This document shows positions 19,080 through 29,360 of a stretch of DNA of 64,000 nucleotides, one piece after another (within the stretch, counting starts at the first letter, position 1; every line of letters begins with the position of its first letter). The DNA lies in the NCBI GenBank assembly GCA_017522255.1, contig JAFWZP010000106.1:1390-65389 (forward strand). The letters run 5' to 3'. Source of the DNA: Bacteroidales bacterium. Lineage in GTDB: Bacteria; Bacteroidota; Bacteroidia; Bacteroidales; P3. A program made the translations under genes and the position numbers. The notes under the pieces are model-generated. The model was not told the DNA's origin. It worked only from the letters and a program-made list of their open reading frames with translations, and did not search any database.

Positions 19080-20258
19080 TCACTCTTCATATCGTATTAT
19101 TTTTCCTTTATCGAGAGAAGTTTTCAACAAATTTGACATCGTTTTTTGCAATATTGGATGCACATAATCGGGCATAATTTCGCATAACGGAACAAGCACA
19201 AAATTACGCTGATGAATGCGAGGATGTGGCACTATCAAATCAGGGGTATCTATACATTTGTTATCAACAAAAAGAATATCGATATCCATTGTTCGAGAAG
19301 AATAACCATTACCCGATCTCACACGTCCTAGCTGAGTCTCTATAAATAATGCTTTACCGAGAACTTCATGAGGCTCCAACCTCGTTTCGACTACTACTGC
19401 TTGATTAAGGAAACTTTGTTCTGCTTCAAAACCCCATGCTTCGCTTTCGTATATCGACGACAACTGCACTATATCTCCTATCTGTTGCCCTATCATATCG
19501 CATGCCTGTTTCAACAATCCGACTCTCTCTCCTTGATTGCCACCTATTAGCAATGTTACTCTATATTTCGATTTCATCATATCTTTATTCCACTTACCCT
19601 TCAATGTTTTTCTTTGATTAGATAAGAAAAGTATCGAAAGAAAATCCTCTTTGCTTATTGATTGAGCTCCTAACGAAATCAAGTGTGATGTTTCTTGCTG
19701 TGCATCGATGTACAAAAAATTATTGACATCTGCAAAATCTACCAATGCCACAAGGCAAACCTTCGAAGCATCGGTCATCTTGGCAAACATCGATTCGCCA
19801 AAAAAAGCAGCGCCAAGCGACACTCCATACAATCCTCCTACCAATTCTCCATTATAATAAGCCTCAAAAGAATGAGCATACCCCATTTCATGCAACGTAG
19901 TATAGGCATCTATCATCTCGTCGGTTATCCATGTTCCATCTTGTCCTGTGCGTTTTATGGTAGCACATTGCAGCATCACTTCTCTGAAAGCCGTATCAAT
20001 CCGCACTTCATATTTGCCGGATTTGACACATCGCCACAACGATTTGGAACAATTAAAACTATCGGGAAACAACACCATTCTCGGATTTAGCGACCACCAC
20101 ATCAGCGGCTCCCCTTCGGCATACCATGGAAATATTCCATTACGATAAGCCTCCAGCAACCGTTCGGGCAACAAATCGCCACCTAGGGCCAACAAACCAT
20201 CGTCTTCGCTAAGAAGAGGATTGGGGAACACAATCTCCGAATTAAGTTCAAACAGCAT
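19080..20258 (-). CDS. aat-folK: fusion protein: leucyl/phenylalanyl-tRNA--protein transferase (N) plus 6-hydroxymethyl-dihydropterin pyrophosphokinase (C)
   Basis: The N-terminal ~225 aa carry LALGGDL..LLEAYRNGIFPWY..WWS (Aat). The C-terminal ~160 aa carry IGGNQG..SSIYESEAWG..RTMDIDIL..HPR..R.FVL.PL (FolK). A single uninterrupted frame ends in TGA. Confidence 0.85.
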   Translation of the reverse strand: MLFELNSEIVFPNPLLSEDDGLLALGGDLLPERLLEAYRNGIFPWYAEGEPLMWWSLNPRMVLFPDSFNCSKSLWRCVKSGKYEVRIDTAFREVMLQCATIKRTGQDGTWITDEMIDAYTTLHEMGYAHSFEAYYNGELVGGLYGVSLGAAFFGESMFAKMTDASKVCLVALVDFADVNNFLYIDAQQETSHLISLGAQSISKEDFLSILFLSNQRKTLKGKWNKDMMKSKYRVTLLIGGNQGERVGLLKQACDMIGQQIGDIVQLSSIYESEAWGFEAEQSFLNQAVVVETRLEPHEVLGKALFIETQLGRVRSGNGYSSRTMDIDILFVDNKCIDTPDLIVPHPRIHQRNFVLVPLCEIMPDYVHPILQKTMSNLLKTSLDKGKIIRYEE

Positions 20259-20333
20259 TATCCATTCCTATAGAATAAAGAAGAGGGCAAATAATCACCC
20301 TCTTCTTATAATTATACAATATAATCAAATATA

Positions 20334-22553
20334 TTAATTGTTACGTGATTTGTTGTCGCGGTTTGGTCTTCTACCACCATTGTCGCGATGAGGTTTGCGG
20401 TCGCCACGTGGCTTGCTTTCGGTTTCGGGCATACCTTCAGGACGAGGCAACAATGCCTTTCTCGACAAACGAAGTTTTCCGGTCTTCTCGTCTATTTCAA
20501 GAAGTTTTACTTGGACTTCGTCACCTTCGTGCATCAAATCTTTTATCGATTCAGTTCGAGTCCAATCATATTCCGAAATATGCAACAAACCTTCTTTACC
20601 CGGCAATATTTCAACAAAAGCACCAAAGTCAACTATACTTTTAACCTTGCCTTCATATACTGTACCTACTTCAGGGACAGCTGTCAAACCTTTTATCCAA
20701 TTAATAGCAGCATCAATAGACGCTTTATCTACAGCCGATATATCCACTATACCAAGTTCGCCTTTTTCTTCGATAGTGATTAGCGAGTTGGTTTCTTTTT
20801 GTATTTCTTGGATAACCTTACCTCCTGTTCCTATCACAGCACCAATAAAATCTTTTGGAATTTCTATTTGTACTATGCGAGGAACGAATGGTTTATAATC
20901 ATCACGTGGTTGACTAATAGTAGCTTCTATTATATCCATTATATGCATACGACCGGCGTTGGCTTGTGCCAATGCTTGAGCAAGCACTTCGTAAGAAAGA
21001 CCATCAACCTTGATATCCATTTGGCAAGCAGTAATACCATCACGAGTACCTGTAACCTTAAAATCCATATCACCAAGATGGTCTTCGTCGCCCAAGATAT
21101 CGGAAAGCACTGCCCATTTATCGCCTTTCGAAATCAATCCCATTGCAATACCTGTAACAGGTTTCTTTATCTTAACACCTGCGTCCATAAGAGCTAAAGT
21201 TCCGGCACATACTGTAGCCATAGACGACGAACCATTCGATTCCAATATATCAGACACTACACGTATAGTGTATGGATTTTCGGGACCTGTAGGTATCACA
21301 TATTTCAAAGCACGCCATGCAAGGTTACCGTGACCTATCTCTCTACGGCTCAAACCTCTGTTACCTTTCACCTCACCTGTAGCAAATCCGGGGAAGTTGT
21401 AGTGAAGCATAAAGTTACGAGTACCTTCGATAACGGCTCCATCTATCAATTGTTCATCTAATTTTGTTCCCAATGTAACTGTAGACAACGATTGAGTTTC
21501 GCCACGGGTAAATATCGAAGAACCATGTGCCGATGGCAAGTAATCCACTTCGCACCATATCGGACGTATTTCGTCCAACTTACGACCGTCCAAACGAGTA
21601 CGTTCGGTAAGCACCATATCGCGCATAGCCTCTTTTTCGATATCATGGAAATAGCGGTCTATCATAAACGACTTTTCAGCCAATTCATCTTCGGTCAAAG
21701 CCAACGACTCAACAAATTCTGTCTTAATAGCTTCGAAACCTTCCGAACGCATTTGTTTGTTAGGAATACCTTGCTTTGCAAAGTCGTAACATTTTTGATA
21801 TACAGCCTCGTGCATTTGAGCCTTAAATTCAGGGTCATTAACCTCGTGACAGTATTCACGTTTTTCTGTTTTACCTGCAGCTATAGTAAGTTCGCCCAAT
21901 GCATCACATTGTATACGTATTGCATCGTGAGCTGTTTTCAACGCTTCAAGCATCAATTCTTCCGATACTTCTTTCATTTCGCCTTCCACCATCATAATGT
22001 TTTCGTTGGTAGCAGCTACTATCAAATCCAAATCGGCTTCTTCGATATCTTGCAAAGGAGGGTTAATTACAAACTGACCGTTTAGGTATGACACTCTCAC
22101 TTCTGATACAGGACCGTTGAAAGGAATATCCGACACAGCCAATGCGGCAGCGGCAGCCAATGCAGCCAATGCATCGGGAGCGGTATTTTTGTCACCCGAA
22201 ATTAAAGTGATTTGCACTTGTACTTCGGCATGAAAATCGTCAGGAAAAAGAGGACGCAAAGCTCTATCTACCAAACGAGCTATCAATATTTCGTATTCCG
22301 AAGGACGAGCTTCACGCTTGAAAAAACCACCCGGGAAACGACCCATAGCGGCATATTTTTCTTGATACTCTACTGTTAGTGGCATAAAATCCACATTCTC
22401 ACCGGCTTCTTTTTTTGCACATACAGTTGCCAAAAGCATAGTGTTGTTCATACGAACCACTGCCGAACCATCGGCTTGCTTGGCCAATTTACCGGTTTCG
22501 ATTTCGATAACTTGTCCGTTACCCAAATCAATTGTTTTCTTTACAATGTTCAT
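20334..22553 (-). CDS. pnp: polyribonucleotide nucleotidyltransferase (PNPase)
   Basis: 739 aa with two RNase PH domains (NGSSSMA motif), then KH and S1 domains and a basic tail. Confidence 0.97.
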   Translation of the reverse strand: MNIVKKTIDLGNGQVIEIETGKLAKQADGSAVVRMNNTMLLATVCAKKEAGENVDFMPLTVEYQEKYAAMGRFPGGFFKREARPSEYEILIARLVDRALRPLFPDDFHAEVQVQITLISGDKNTAPDALAALAAAAALAVSDIPFNGPVSEVRVSYLNGQFVINPPLQDIEEADLDLIVAATNENIMMVEGEMKEVSEELMLEALKTAHDAIRIQCDALGELTIAAGKTEKREYCHEVNDPEFKAQMHEAVYQKCYDFAKQGIPNKQMRSEGFEAIKTEFVESLALTEDELAEKSFMIDRYFHDIEKEAMRDMVLTERTRLDGRKLDEIRPIWCEVDYLPSAHGSSIFTRGETQSLSTVTLGTKLDEQLIDGAVIEGTRNFMLHYNFPGFATGEVKGNRGLSRREIGHGNLAWRALKYVIPTGPENPYTIRVVSDILESNGSSSMATVCAGTLALMDAGVKIKKPVTGIAMGLISKGDKWAVLSDILGDEDHLGDMDFKVTGTRDGITACQMDIKVDGLSYEVLAQALAQANAGRMHIMDIIEATISQPRDDYKPFVPRIVQIEIPKDFIGAVIGTGGKVIQEIQKETNSLITIEEKGELGIVDISAVDKASIDAAINWIKGLTAVPEVGTVYEGKVKSIVDFGAFVEILPGKEGLLHISEYDWTRTESIKDLMHEGDEVQVKLLEIDEKTGKLRLSRKALLPRPEGMPETESKPRGDRKPHRDNGGRRPNRDNKSRNN

Positions 22554-22616
22554 CTTATTATTTTCTTCTTTTTAAACCAACAGCATATACAATCATCACG
22601 TATATGCTTTTTTATA

Positions 22617-22648
22617 ACAAAAAAAGGCAATTAGACTCTAATTGCCTT
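22617..22648 (-). terminator. rpsO terminator / pnp leader hairpin
   Basis: 9-bp perfect stem aaggcaatt/aattgcctt, followed on the minus strand by a T-run. The rpsO-pnp arrangement is classic. Confidence 0.7.
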
Positions 22649-22675
22649 CAACCATAACCAAATAAATATGAAAAA

Positions 22676-22945
22676 CTATTTTCTTATATTCAATTCTTTA
22701 ATTATATGACGATAACGTTCGATATCATTAATTTTCAAATAGTCTAACAAACGTCTGCGTTTACCTACCAAACGCACCAACGAACGTTGAGTATTCAAAT
22801 CTTTGCGTTGTTGTTTCATGTGTTCGGTCAAATGTTGGATTCTATAAGTAAACAATGCTATTTGAGCTTCTGGCGATCCACAATCTTCAGCCGATTTACC
22901 GAACTTTGCAAATATCTCTTTTTTCTTTTCTGTTGATAAATACAT
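22676..22945 (-). CDS. rpsO: 30S ribosomal protein S15
   Basis: Trimmed to the ATG at 22945 (MYLSTEKKKEIFAKFG..HLTEH...RRRLLDYL). 89 aa. Confidence 0.95.
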   Translation of the reverse strand: MYLSTEKKKEIFAKFGKSAEDCGSPEAQIALFTYRIQHLTEHMKQQRKDLNTQRSLVRLVGKRRRLLDYLKINDIERYRHIIKELNIRK

Positions 22946-22993
22946 ATCTACTATTTCTATTTTTTCTTTATTAATTACATTACAATCGATTTG

Positions 22994-23001
22994 CAAAAGT
23001 A
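22994..23001 (-). promoter_or_regulatory. -7 box (TACTTTTG on minus strand)
   Basis: caaaagta on the plus strand, about 50 nt upstream of the rpsO ATG. Confidence 0.55.
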
Positions 23002-23252
23002 CTTCTTTTTTTTGAATTAAAAAGCATTTTCTGATATTTTTTTATCATAAAAACATCAATAAACTAATTATCATACACATAGAAGTGAAAATATTTTTCT
23101 CTTTTTCTCCTTTCTTCCCCTGTTTTATCCACAAAAAGTTGTTGGTTTCTTTATTTTTGACACATTTTTATGCTATTTTTACACCATCTTTATCATTTAT
23201 CGCAATATATCCCTTTATTTCAACTATATAGACACAAAAACACCTTCTATTA

Positions 23253-23894
23253 CTATGGTATAATATGTTTTTCTGCTATTATATTCAAACGTTCATAATC
23301 AACCTTAATAATATCAAAAGATTTGACTTCGTAGTTGTAATAATCATCAGAAAATATGCATTCGTATGTATATTCATTTTCGAACCACGAAAATGCAAAT
23401 TCTTCGGTTGATACAGAATCTCTTTTACAAAACGCATAATCCGGAGATAATTTCACTATCATTCTGGCTTTGACCGGAATGATATAAAGTTCATCCCGTT
23501 TCACATAATAGTTACTACTATTGGACGTAACACTTATCGACAACACCCTGGATGGATATTTCACATTGGCTTTTATCGGATTCAACTTGCTCAATTCTTC
23601 GAAATTCTTTCGATAACCTTCGAAATTACCACTCGCTTGTGCCATATTTATTGCTCTTTTCAAACTGTCATCAGAATTGTTATAATCAAAACTTTTACAT
23701 CCCTCCAAAGGAATAAAATAATAAGTAGATGGCGAAACCAATATAGTTCCATCAAGTATCTCATCTATTACTATTCGGTTTTCATAGTCTTTTTTCTTCT
23801 CATTGTACATTGAAATATTTTCATGAGTTAAGATAGCACACGAATCCATGACTATCACACAAACAATACAAAATAAAAATACAAATCGTTTCAT
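23253..23894 (-). CDS. hypothetical lipoprotein (213 aa)
   Basis: Signal peptide with Cys (VIVMDSC). No other motif recognised. Confidence 0.6.
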   Translation of the reverse strand: MKRFVFLFCIVCVIVMDSCAILTHENISMYNEKKKDYENRIVIDEILDGTILVSPSTYYFIPLEGCKSFDYNNSDDSLKRAINMAQASGNFEGYRKNFEELSKLNPIKANVKYPSRVLSISVTSNSSNYYVKRDELYIIPVKARMIVKLSPDYAFCKRDSVSTEEFAFSWFENEYTYECIFSDDYYNYEVKSFDIIKVDYERLNIIAEKHIIP

Positions 23895-23938
23895 ACATAA
23901 TGTATTTATGCACTATTATTATTCTTTATTTCAAGTTG

Positions 23939-23946
23939 CAAAGATA
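23939..23946 (-). promoter_or_regulatory. -7 box (TATCTTTG on minus strand)
   Basis: caaagata on the plus strand, about 45 nt upstream of the ATG at 23894. Confidence 0.55.
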
Positions 23947-24002
23947 CAATTTTTTCCCTAATCGACAAAACTTTTCCAAGAAGTCCTTTTGCCTTAAAAA
24001 AT

Positions 24003-24085
24003 ACATCACGACGTTGTAAAATTTTCCTCGCGACGTTGTTCGTGCTACATCACGAGGATTTTTGTGCGAGATCGCGATGCAGTTT
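24003..24085. repeat. dispersed cctcgtgatg-word repeat, copy B (inverted relative to copy A)
   Basis: catcacgacg..tttcctcgcgacg..catcacgaggattttt. Its reverse complement aligns with 12572-12660. Confidence 0.7.
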
Positions 24086-24360
24086 TTAAGCCCCGATTAT
24101 CCCAAAAAAAAATAACAGTATATCATAAATTGTTTGATAGTAGGGTATGAAAACTTTTATGGTATACCGTCATAAAAACGGCAGTATACCCCCTATAAAC
24201 AGAACCACAACTCATACATATTGACAGCACAAAAACAAAAATATGACATTTTGACAGAAAAGAACATATTGGCACACTTTTTGTTGTTTACCTAAGTGTG
24301 CTTCGACACATAACCAAATAAATAATATAGTATCAATTGAACGAATAAATACAAACAACT

Positions 24361-26238
24361 ATGAAAGGTAATATTAATGTACAAACGGAAAATATATTCC
24401 CCGTTATAAAGAAATTCTTATACTCCGACCACGAAATATTTTTGCGTGAACTAGTATCGAATGCCACCGATGCCACTCAAAAACTCAAAGCCTTGGTATC
24501 GATGGGACAAGCCAGTGTAGAACTCGGCGACCTTACCATAAACATAAAAATAGACGGCAACAAACTTATAATAAGCGACCGCGGTATAGGTATGAGCCAA
24601 GAAGAGGTTGAAAAATACATCAATCAAATAGCATTCTCGGGTGCCGAAGACTTTTTGGAAAAATACAAAAACGTGTCCGAAAACCTTATAGGACACTTCG
24701 GATTGGGTTTCTACTCGGCATTTATGGTAGCCGACAAAGTGGAAATACGCACCAAATCGTATACCGATGCTCCGGCTGTGGAATGGATGTGCGACGGCTC
24801 GCCCGAATACACTATGAAAGAGATTGACAAAACCGACCGCGGAACCGACATAATTCTGCACATCGCCGATGACTCCAAGGAATTTCTTGAAGAAAACCGT
24901 ATATTGGATTTGCTTAAAAAATACTGCCGCTTTATGCCTGTGGCTATATGCTTTGGCGAAGAAAGCTATTGGGTAGACTCCGAAACCAAAAAGGATAAAG
25001 ATGGCAAACCCGAACGCGAAGAAAAGAAACGCCCTCGCATAATAAACGACACCAACCCGGCTTGGAAAAAGAAACCTACCGACCTTACCGACGAAGATTA
25101 CCGCAAGTTCTACCACGAATTGTACCCAATGAACTTTGAAGACCCATTGTTCCAAATACATCTAAACGTGGACTATCCGTTCAACCTTACAGGTATACTA
25201 TACTTCCCAAAGGTGAAACGCACCATAGACCCCAACCGCAACAAGATACAACTATACTGCAACCAAGTGTTTGTTACCGACTCGGTAGAAGGCGTTGTAC
25301 CCGAATACTTGATGTTGCTACATGGTGTGTTAGACTCGCCGGATATTCCACTCAACGTGTCTCGCTCATACTTGCAAAGCGACAGCAACGTAAAGAAAAT
25401 ATCGTCGCACATAAGTAAGAAAGTAGCCGACAAGTTAGAAGAGCTGTTCAAAAACAACCGCGAAGACTTTGAAGCCAAATGGGACGACCTGAAGATATTC
25501 ATCGAATATGGTATGCTTTCGGAAGAAAAATTCTTCGACCGTGCCGAAAAGTTCTCGTTGCTGAAGAATGTAGATAAACAATACTTCACCTTCGAAGACT
25601 ATAAGAAAAAGATAGAACCACTACAAACCGACAAAGACAAAGTGTTGGTATACCTCTATGCCACCAACGCCGAAGAGCAACATGCCTACATAGCCAAAGC
25701 CAAGGAAAAAGGCTACGATGTGTTGCTGATGGACACCGTGTTGGACAACCACTTTGTAAACCTATTAGAACAAAAATGGAGCGGCACTCGCTTTGTACGT
25801 GTAGATAGCGACGTGGTAGAAAAACTTATTCCTAAGGAGGATAGCATTCCGGAAAAACTTTCGAAGGAAGAACAAGAAAAACTTAAACCAATAATAGAAA
25901 GCGAGATAGACACCAAGAAATACACCGTAATGCTCGAAAGCTTGGAAGAAACCGACCAACCTATGCTTATAACTCAAAACGAGTTTATGCGTCGCTACAA
26001 AGAGATGTCCATGATGGGAGGCGGTGGAATGAGTTTTTATGGCGAATTGCCCGAGTCGTACAACCTTGTAGTAAACATCAACCACCCACTTGTAGGCGAG
26101 ATATTAAACGACACCGACCAAGAACACCAAAAAGAACTTGTTCACCAACTTACCGACCTTGCTCTATTATCCAACGGTTTGCTGAAAGGCGAAGCTCTTA
26201 CAAACTTCATCAATCGAAGTGTAAAGATAATAAAATAG
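24361..26238 (+). CDS. htpG: molecular chaperone HtpG (Hsp90)
   Basis: GHKL ATPase motifs LRELVSNATDA and GHFGLGFYSAFMVADKV. 625 aa. Confidence 0.95.
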   Translation: MKGNINVQTENIFPVIKKFLYSDHEIFLRELVSNATDATQKLKALVSMGQASVELGDLTINIKIDGNKLIISDRGIGMSQEEVEKYINQIAFSGAEDFLEKYKNVSENLIGHFGLGFYSAFMVADKVEIRTKSYTDAPAVEWMCDGSPEYTMKEIDKTDRGTDIILHIADDSKEFLEENRILDLLKKYCRFMPVAICFGEESYWVDSETKKDKDGKPEREEKKRPRIINDTNPAWKKKPTDLTDEDYRKFYHELYPMNFEDPLFQIHLNVDYPFNLTGILYFPKVKRTIDPNRNKIQLYCNQVFVTDSVEGVVPEYLMLLHGVLDSPDIPLNVSRSYLQSDSNVKKISSHISKKVADKLEELFKNNREDFEAKWDDLKIFIEYGMLSEEKFFDRAEKFSLLKNVDKQYFTFEDYKKKIEPLQTDKDKVLVYLYATNAEEQHAYIAKAKEKGYDVLLMDTVLDNHFVNLLEQKWSGTRFVRVDSDVVEKLIPKEDSIPEKLSKEEQEKLKPIIESEIDTKKYTVMLESLEETDQPMLITQNEFMRRYKEMSMMGGGGMSFYGELPESYNLVVNINHPLVGEILNDTDQEHQKELVHQLTDLALLSNGLLKGEALTNFINRSVKIIK

Positions 26239-26267
26239 AATTTTGTTTTTATTTTTCATTTTTTGTG

Positions 26268-26300
26268 GCAGTCCCCAATACAAAGGGGCTGCCTTTTTTA
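26268..26300 (+). terminator. htpG rho-independent terminator
   Basis: ggcagtcccc..ggggctgcc stem followed by T6. Confidence 0.8.
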
Positions 26301-26357
26301 TAGGCAAATTCTAAAATTTAAAATATGGATTATTATTAATGTCCGCCAAAAAATCAA
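26300..26357. repeat. short dispersed repeat, copy 2 (inverted)
   Basis: ataggcaaa..attattaatgtccgccaaaaaatcaa is the reverse complement of the 16503-16549 element. Confidence 0.65.
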
Positions 26358-26551
26358 ATCTAGCCATGTTAGATGTTTATTTTGTCGGACAGTCGCTATA
26401 TTGATGATACAGAAGTAAAAATTCAAAAGAAACGCCTATAAGACGTAAATATCACAAAGAGTTTAGACCATTTTTGTACATTGCTCTACTATGCAAAATA
26501 CAGACTCAAATTTCAGCATACAAACGATTAGATATTCAATATAGGATCTAC

Positions 26552-26597
26552 TCAAGAAAAACAACCCCCAATCTACTGAATCACAGAGATTGGGGGT
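26552..26597 (-). terminator. terminator at the distal end of the 27-kb minus-strand operon
   Basis: 11-bp perfect stem acccccaatct/agattgggggt, followed on the minus strand by gttgtttttctt. Confidence 0.75.
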
Positions 26598-26654
26598 AAT
26601 ATATCATGTTTAGCGGACAGTGATGAAAATAAATAAAACCTATCAGTGTAGAAA

Positions 26655-26933
26655 TCAAAATCCAAGTTTTTTTCGCCACTCTTCTTCATCTTTCTCAAAT
26701 TGGTCGAGCATACGCTCTGTGTTAGAGATAAATGAATCGGTGTTTCCAAGCAATGCCGCAGTACGTAATCTAATCTCTATCCGCTTACGCACAAAGCCAG
26801 CTTCATCATCTTTTGCTCCAATAGCGTTCATCACATTCCTAAGGCACACCTCGGTATTGTCCAACTTTACACCGCAACGCTCTATAGACTTATCCAAAGT
26901 CTTTTGTCTGTCTGTTAAACTATTCCAACTCAT
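26655..26933 (-). CDS. hypothetical protein (92 aa)
   Basis: ATG-initiated ORF, the last gene of the operon. Charged and helical-looking, with no motif recognised. Confidence 0.6.
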   Translation of the reverse strand: MSWNSLTDRQKTLDKSIERCGVKLDNTEVCLRNVMNAIGAKDDEAGFVRKRIEIRLRTAALLGNTDSFISNTERMLDQFEKDEEEWRKKLGF

Positions 26934-26956
26934 ATTGCTTTATTTTTTTATCTCTA

Positions 26957-27385
26957 CTAATCTATAACTCTTGTAGTAACCGGATGACTAGCAAGTCTAT
27001 TAAATTCACTCTGAATTTTATCCATAACTAGCTTATCTAGTTTGTTTTGCTGTATCATACCCCAAATTTGAGGTATCGCAAACGGCCACCAAACACATAG
27101 GGTTAAAACCGTTGGTATAACCTGCTGTCCAAATATACCTACACTTGCTTTCACATAGACATGTGGCACAGCAGGTGATATTTTAATTTTTAATGCTGTC
27201 TGCAAACCCAAAACAGCCTTAAACAAGTCTCCCTTCTTGATGGAAATATCCCAATCACCTGAAGGTAATTTTACTCCAGCAACCTCATATCCATCATAAC
27301 GCATAGAAGACATTAAACTATTGGCAACTGCATCTGCGTGAGATGCTACATTGCAAAATAACTTTGTTGATTTAAAAAGTCCCAT
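26957..27385 (-). CDS. hypothetical protein (142 aa) with one hydrophobic segment
   Basis: ATG-initiated ORF. The hydrophobic stretch VIPTVLTLCVWWPFAIPQIWGMI is a possible membrane association. Confidence 0.6.
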   Translation of the reverse strand: MGLFKSTKLFCNVASHADAVANSLMSSMRYDGYEVAGVKLPSGDWDISIKKGDLFKAVLGLQTALKIKISPAVPHVYVKASVGIFGQQVIPTVLTLCVWWPFAIPQIWGMIQQNKLDKLVMDKIQSEFNRLASHPVTTRVID

Positions 27386-27427
27386 AATTGTTTTTCTTAT
27401 ATTGAGGGTAGTGTATCTTAAAATCTA

Positions 27428-27925
27428 TCATTGAACAAATAATTTGGATAAATAAAGTTTGTCATCATCCTCTTTGTAACCACTAAAACCTAATTGTTTT
27501 AGAATATGTATAGAGGCGTTGTTATTTTTATACACATCTGTCGATACTTTACAACATAGTTTAGACTTTCCAAGATAATCCATAATTACCGAAACAGCAT
27601 CTTTCATATAGCCTTGTAAACGATATGTAGGATGCATAGCATAAAATAGGGCAGGGTTGTCTGATATATCCATTATCGCCACAAAGCCAACTAACTCATT
27701 GTTATACTTAATACCCCATAAATATCCTTCACATTCCTGCGCATATTGTTCAAAGGATGAAGTGAATTTCCAAAGTCCACCATTAGAGTCTAGTAGTTCA
27801 TATAACTCAGGAAGAAATCTTCTGGTCTCAGCATCATCGAAGACTTCTTTAAGTTTGCTCATATCATCTGCTGATATGCGAGTAAGCAGGCTGTACTTTG
27901 TCCTTATATCTGGAGTAAAATTCAT
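27428..27925 (-). CDS. GNAT family N-acetyltransferase (RimJ/RimL-like)
   Basis: 165 aa. ..VGFVAI..YRLQGYMKDAV..N..S...LKQLGF.. is a typical GNAT core. Its ATG overlaps the radical-SAM stop (ATGA). Confidence 0.75.
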   Translation of the reverse strand: MNFTPDIRTKYSLLTRISADDMSKLKEVFDDAETRRFLPELYELLDSNGGLWKFTSSFEQYAQECEGYLWGIKYNNELVGFVAIMDISDNPALFYAMHPTYRLQGYMKDAVSVIMDYLGKSKLCCKVSTDVYKNNNASIHILKQLGFSGYKEDDDKLYLSKLFVQ

Positions 27926-29151
27926 TTTATCAGCCCTCTTTCTGCCATTTCACAAAATACATACATAAATACACGAGTATATACCTGTTCATTGTGACAT
28001 AACACATCCCATTGCTCATCCGTATACTCTATGGCTGTCAAACACATATTACACATCCTGACAGCATAACAATTTTTACAGCGAGTAACTCGCCTGTTAT
28101 AATAATTCCTAACAATGTCATTTGCCTTATTCCAATCTATACCATCTTTGATGCTACCAATGCGATAGTTGTCCGACATCTTCTCACATACTCCTATCTG
28201 AAGGTTCGTATCAATGTACAACTTTGTGTTATTCGGAAGACAGGTAGCCATCGGCACTGCAGACATTGGTTCAAAAATTGGACGCTCTTTCCAGTATGCA
28301 ACACAAGATTCAAACAACTTTCTCAATACTACCCAATCTTGATGTTTCTCATAAGTATCAAGCAATGTATTGTAGAACTCTTTCACCTCTTCGTAATCAG
28401 CCCGATCAACACCTTGAGTGAAATTCGGAACCAAAGAATTCATCATCGTGGGTGCCATGTCATGTAAAATTTCATCATTATGCCACGCCTCTGCTATCTC
28501 TGCTATCTTGTCAAATGACGCAAGGGTCATAATTAAAGACATCTTCTTTGTGTATTCAGGATAAGTCGATTTGATGTATGACAGAGCCTCATATAGTTTA
28601 GAATATGAGCCATTACCCAAAGCATCAACTCGGTAACGGTCGTGAAATGATTCTGTACCATCGATAGAGACAGCCAATATAACATTATTAACCACCAACC
28701 TGTCTATGCGTTCCTTGGTCAAAGTAGTACCATTTGTGGAAACCGTAAAACTTACATCATTATTCCATCGCTTACGAGCTTTGTCAATAACATATTCAAC
28801 CAGGTTATAATTGAGCAATGGCTCTCCACCGTATATAAAAAATTTAATCGGACGCCTGCTTGCAAATGAATCTATAAATGCAAAAATCTCATCAACACCG
28901 CCTGAATCCATAGAGGAAGTATTGTGAACTCGCTTATTTGCATAGTTTCCAGAATAGCAACAATAAGTACAACGCAAATTACATTGTTCTGTCAAACCCA
29001 ATATGAAAGAGTCTACCTCTGGCAATGATTCAAAATAAACAAAAGGTGCAAACCTCCACATTGGAAGTTGCACACTTATATCACCGCCGACAATTTCACC
29101 CGTTTGTTTATTGTAGGAATATATATTGCCGGAACGTGTTTGAATCTTCAT
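27922..29151 (-). CDS. radical SAM enzyme with C-terminal SPASM/twitch-like Cys cluster (peptide-maturase-like)
   Basis: CNLRCTYC (CX3CX2C) near residue 57. C-terminal GVCEK ... CKNCYAVRMCNMC cluster. Confidence 0.85.
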   Translation of the reverse strand: MKIQTRSGNIYSYNKQTGEIVGGDISVQLPMWRFAPFVYFESLPEVDSFILGLTEQCNLRCTYCCYSGNYANKRVHNTSSMDSGGVDEIFAFIDSFASRRPIKFFIYGGEPLLNYNLVEYVIDKARKRWNNDVSFTVSTNGTTLTKERIDRLVVNNVILAVSIDGTESFHDRYRVDALGNGSYSKLYEALSYIKSTYPEYTKKMSLIMTLASFDKIAEIAEAWHNDEILHDMAPTMMNSLVPNFTQGVDRADYEEVKEFYNTLLDTYEKHQDWVVLRKLFESCVAYWKERPIFEPMSAVPMATCLPNNTKLYIDTNLQIGVCEKMSDNYRIGSIKDGIDWNKANDIVRNYYNRRVTRCKNCYAVRMCNMCLTAIEYTDEQWDVLCHNEQVYTRVFMYVFCEMAERGLIK

Positions 29152-29156
29152 CCTTA

Positions 29157-29360
29157 TTATTTAATTTTGAAGGAATGCTGTATATACTTCCCTCCTCGTC
29201 CATGGGCTGTACAACATTTATACGACATGCAAGCCACCTGACAAGACGAAATACCCATTGCTTGTATAGCCTCTTTCTTATTCTCTTCTTCAATAACGTT
29301 ATTATTCAATATTGCAAGAACATTATTAATATCTACTGTTTCTCTCAAAGTTGTATTCAT
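29157..29360 (-). CDS. candidate RiPP precursor peptide (67 aa, Cys-rich C-terminus)
   Basis: MNTTLRETVDINNVLAILNNNVIEEENKKEAIQAMGISSCQVACMSYKCCTAHGRGGKYIQHSFKIK. It fills the gap between the M48 stop (19 nt upstream) and the rSAM start (5 nt downstream). Confidence 0.55.
   Translation of the reverse strand: MNTTLRETVDINNVLAILNNNVIEEENKKEAIQAMGISSCQVACMSYKCCTAHGRGGKYIQHSFKIK

Noticed and set aside
26300-26655. Direct repeats (att sites), or a tRNA target, marking the island boundaries at 26.3-26.65 kb and 54.86-55.1 kb.
   Set aside because: Manual comparison found only 8-mers shared between the two boundary regions, and there is no tRNA-like T-loop anywhere in the window. The island limits are therefore inferred only from composition, strand and terminators.
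29108-29293. An alternative 61 aa ORF overlapping the candidate precursor peptide in another frame.
   Set aside because: It overlaps the radical SAM start by 44 nt and has a basic, low-complexity sequence. The 67-codon frame fits the intergenic gap exactly and has the Cys-rich C-terminus expected of an rSAM substrate.
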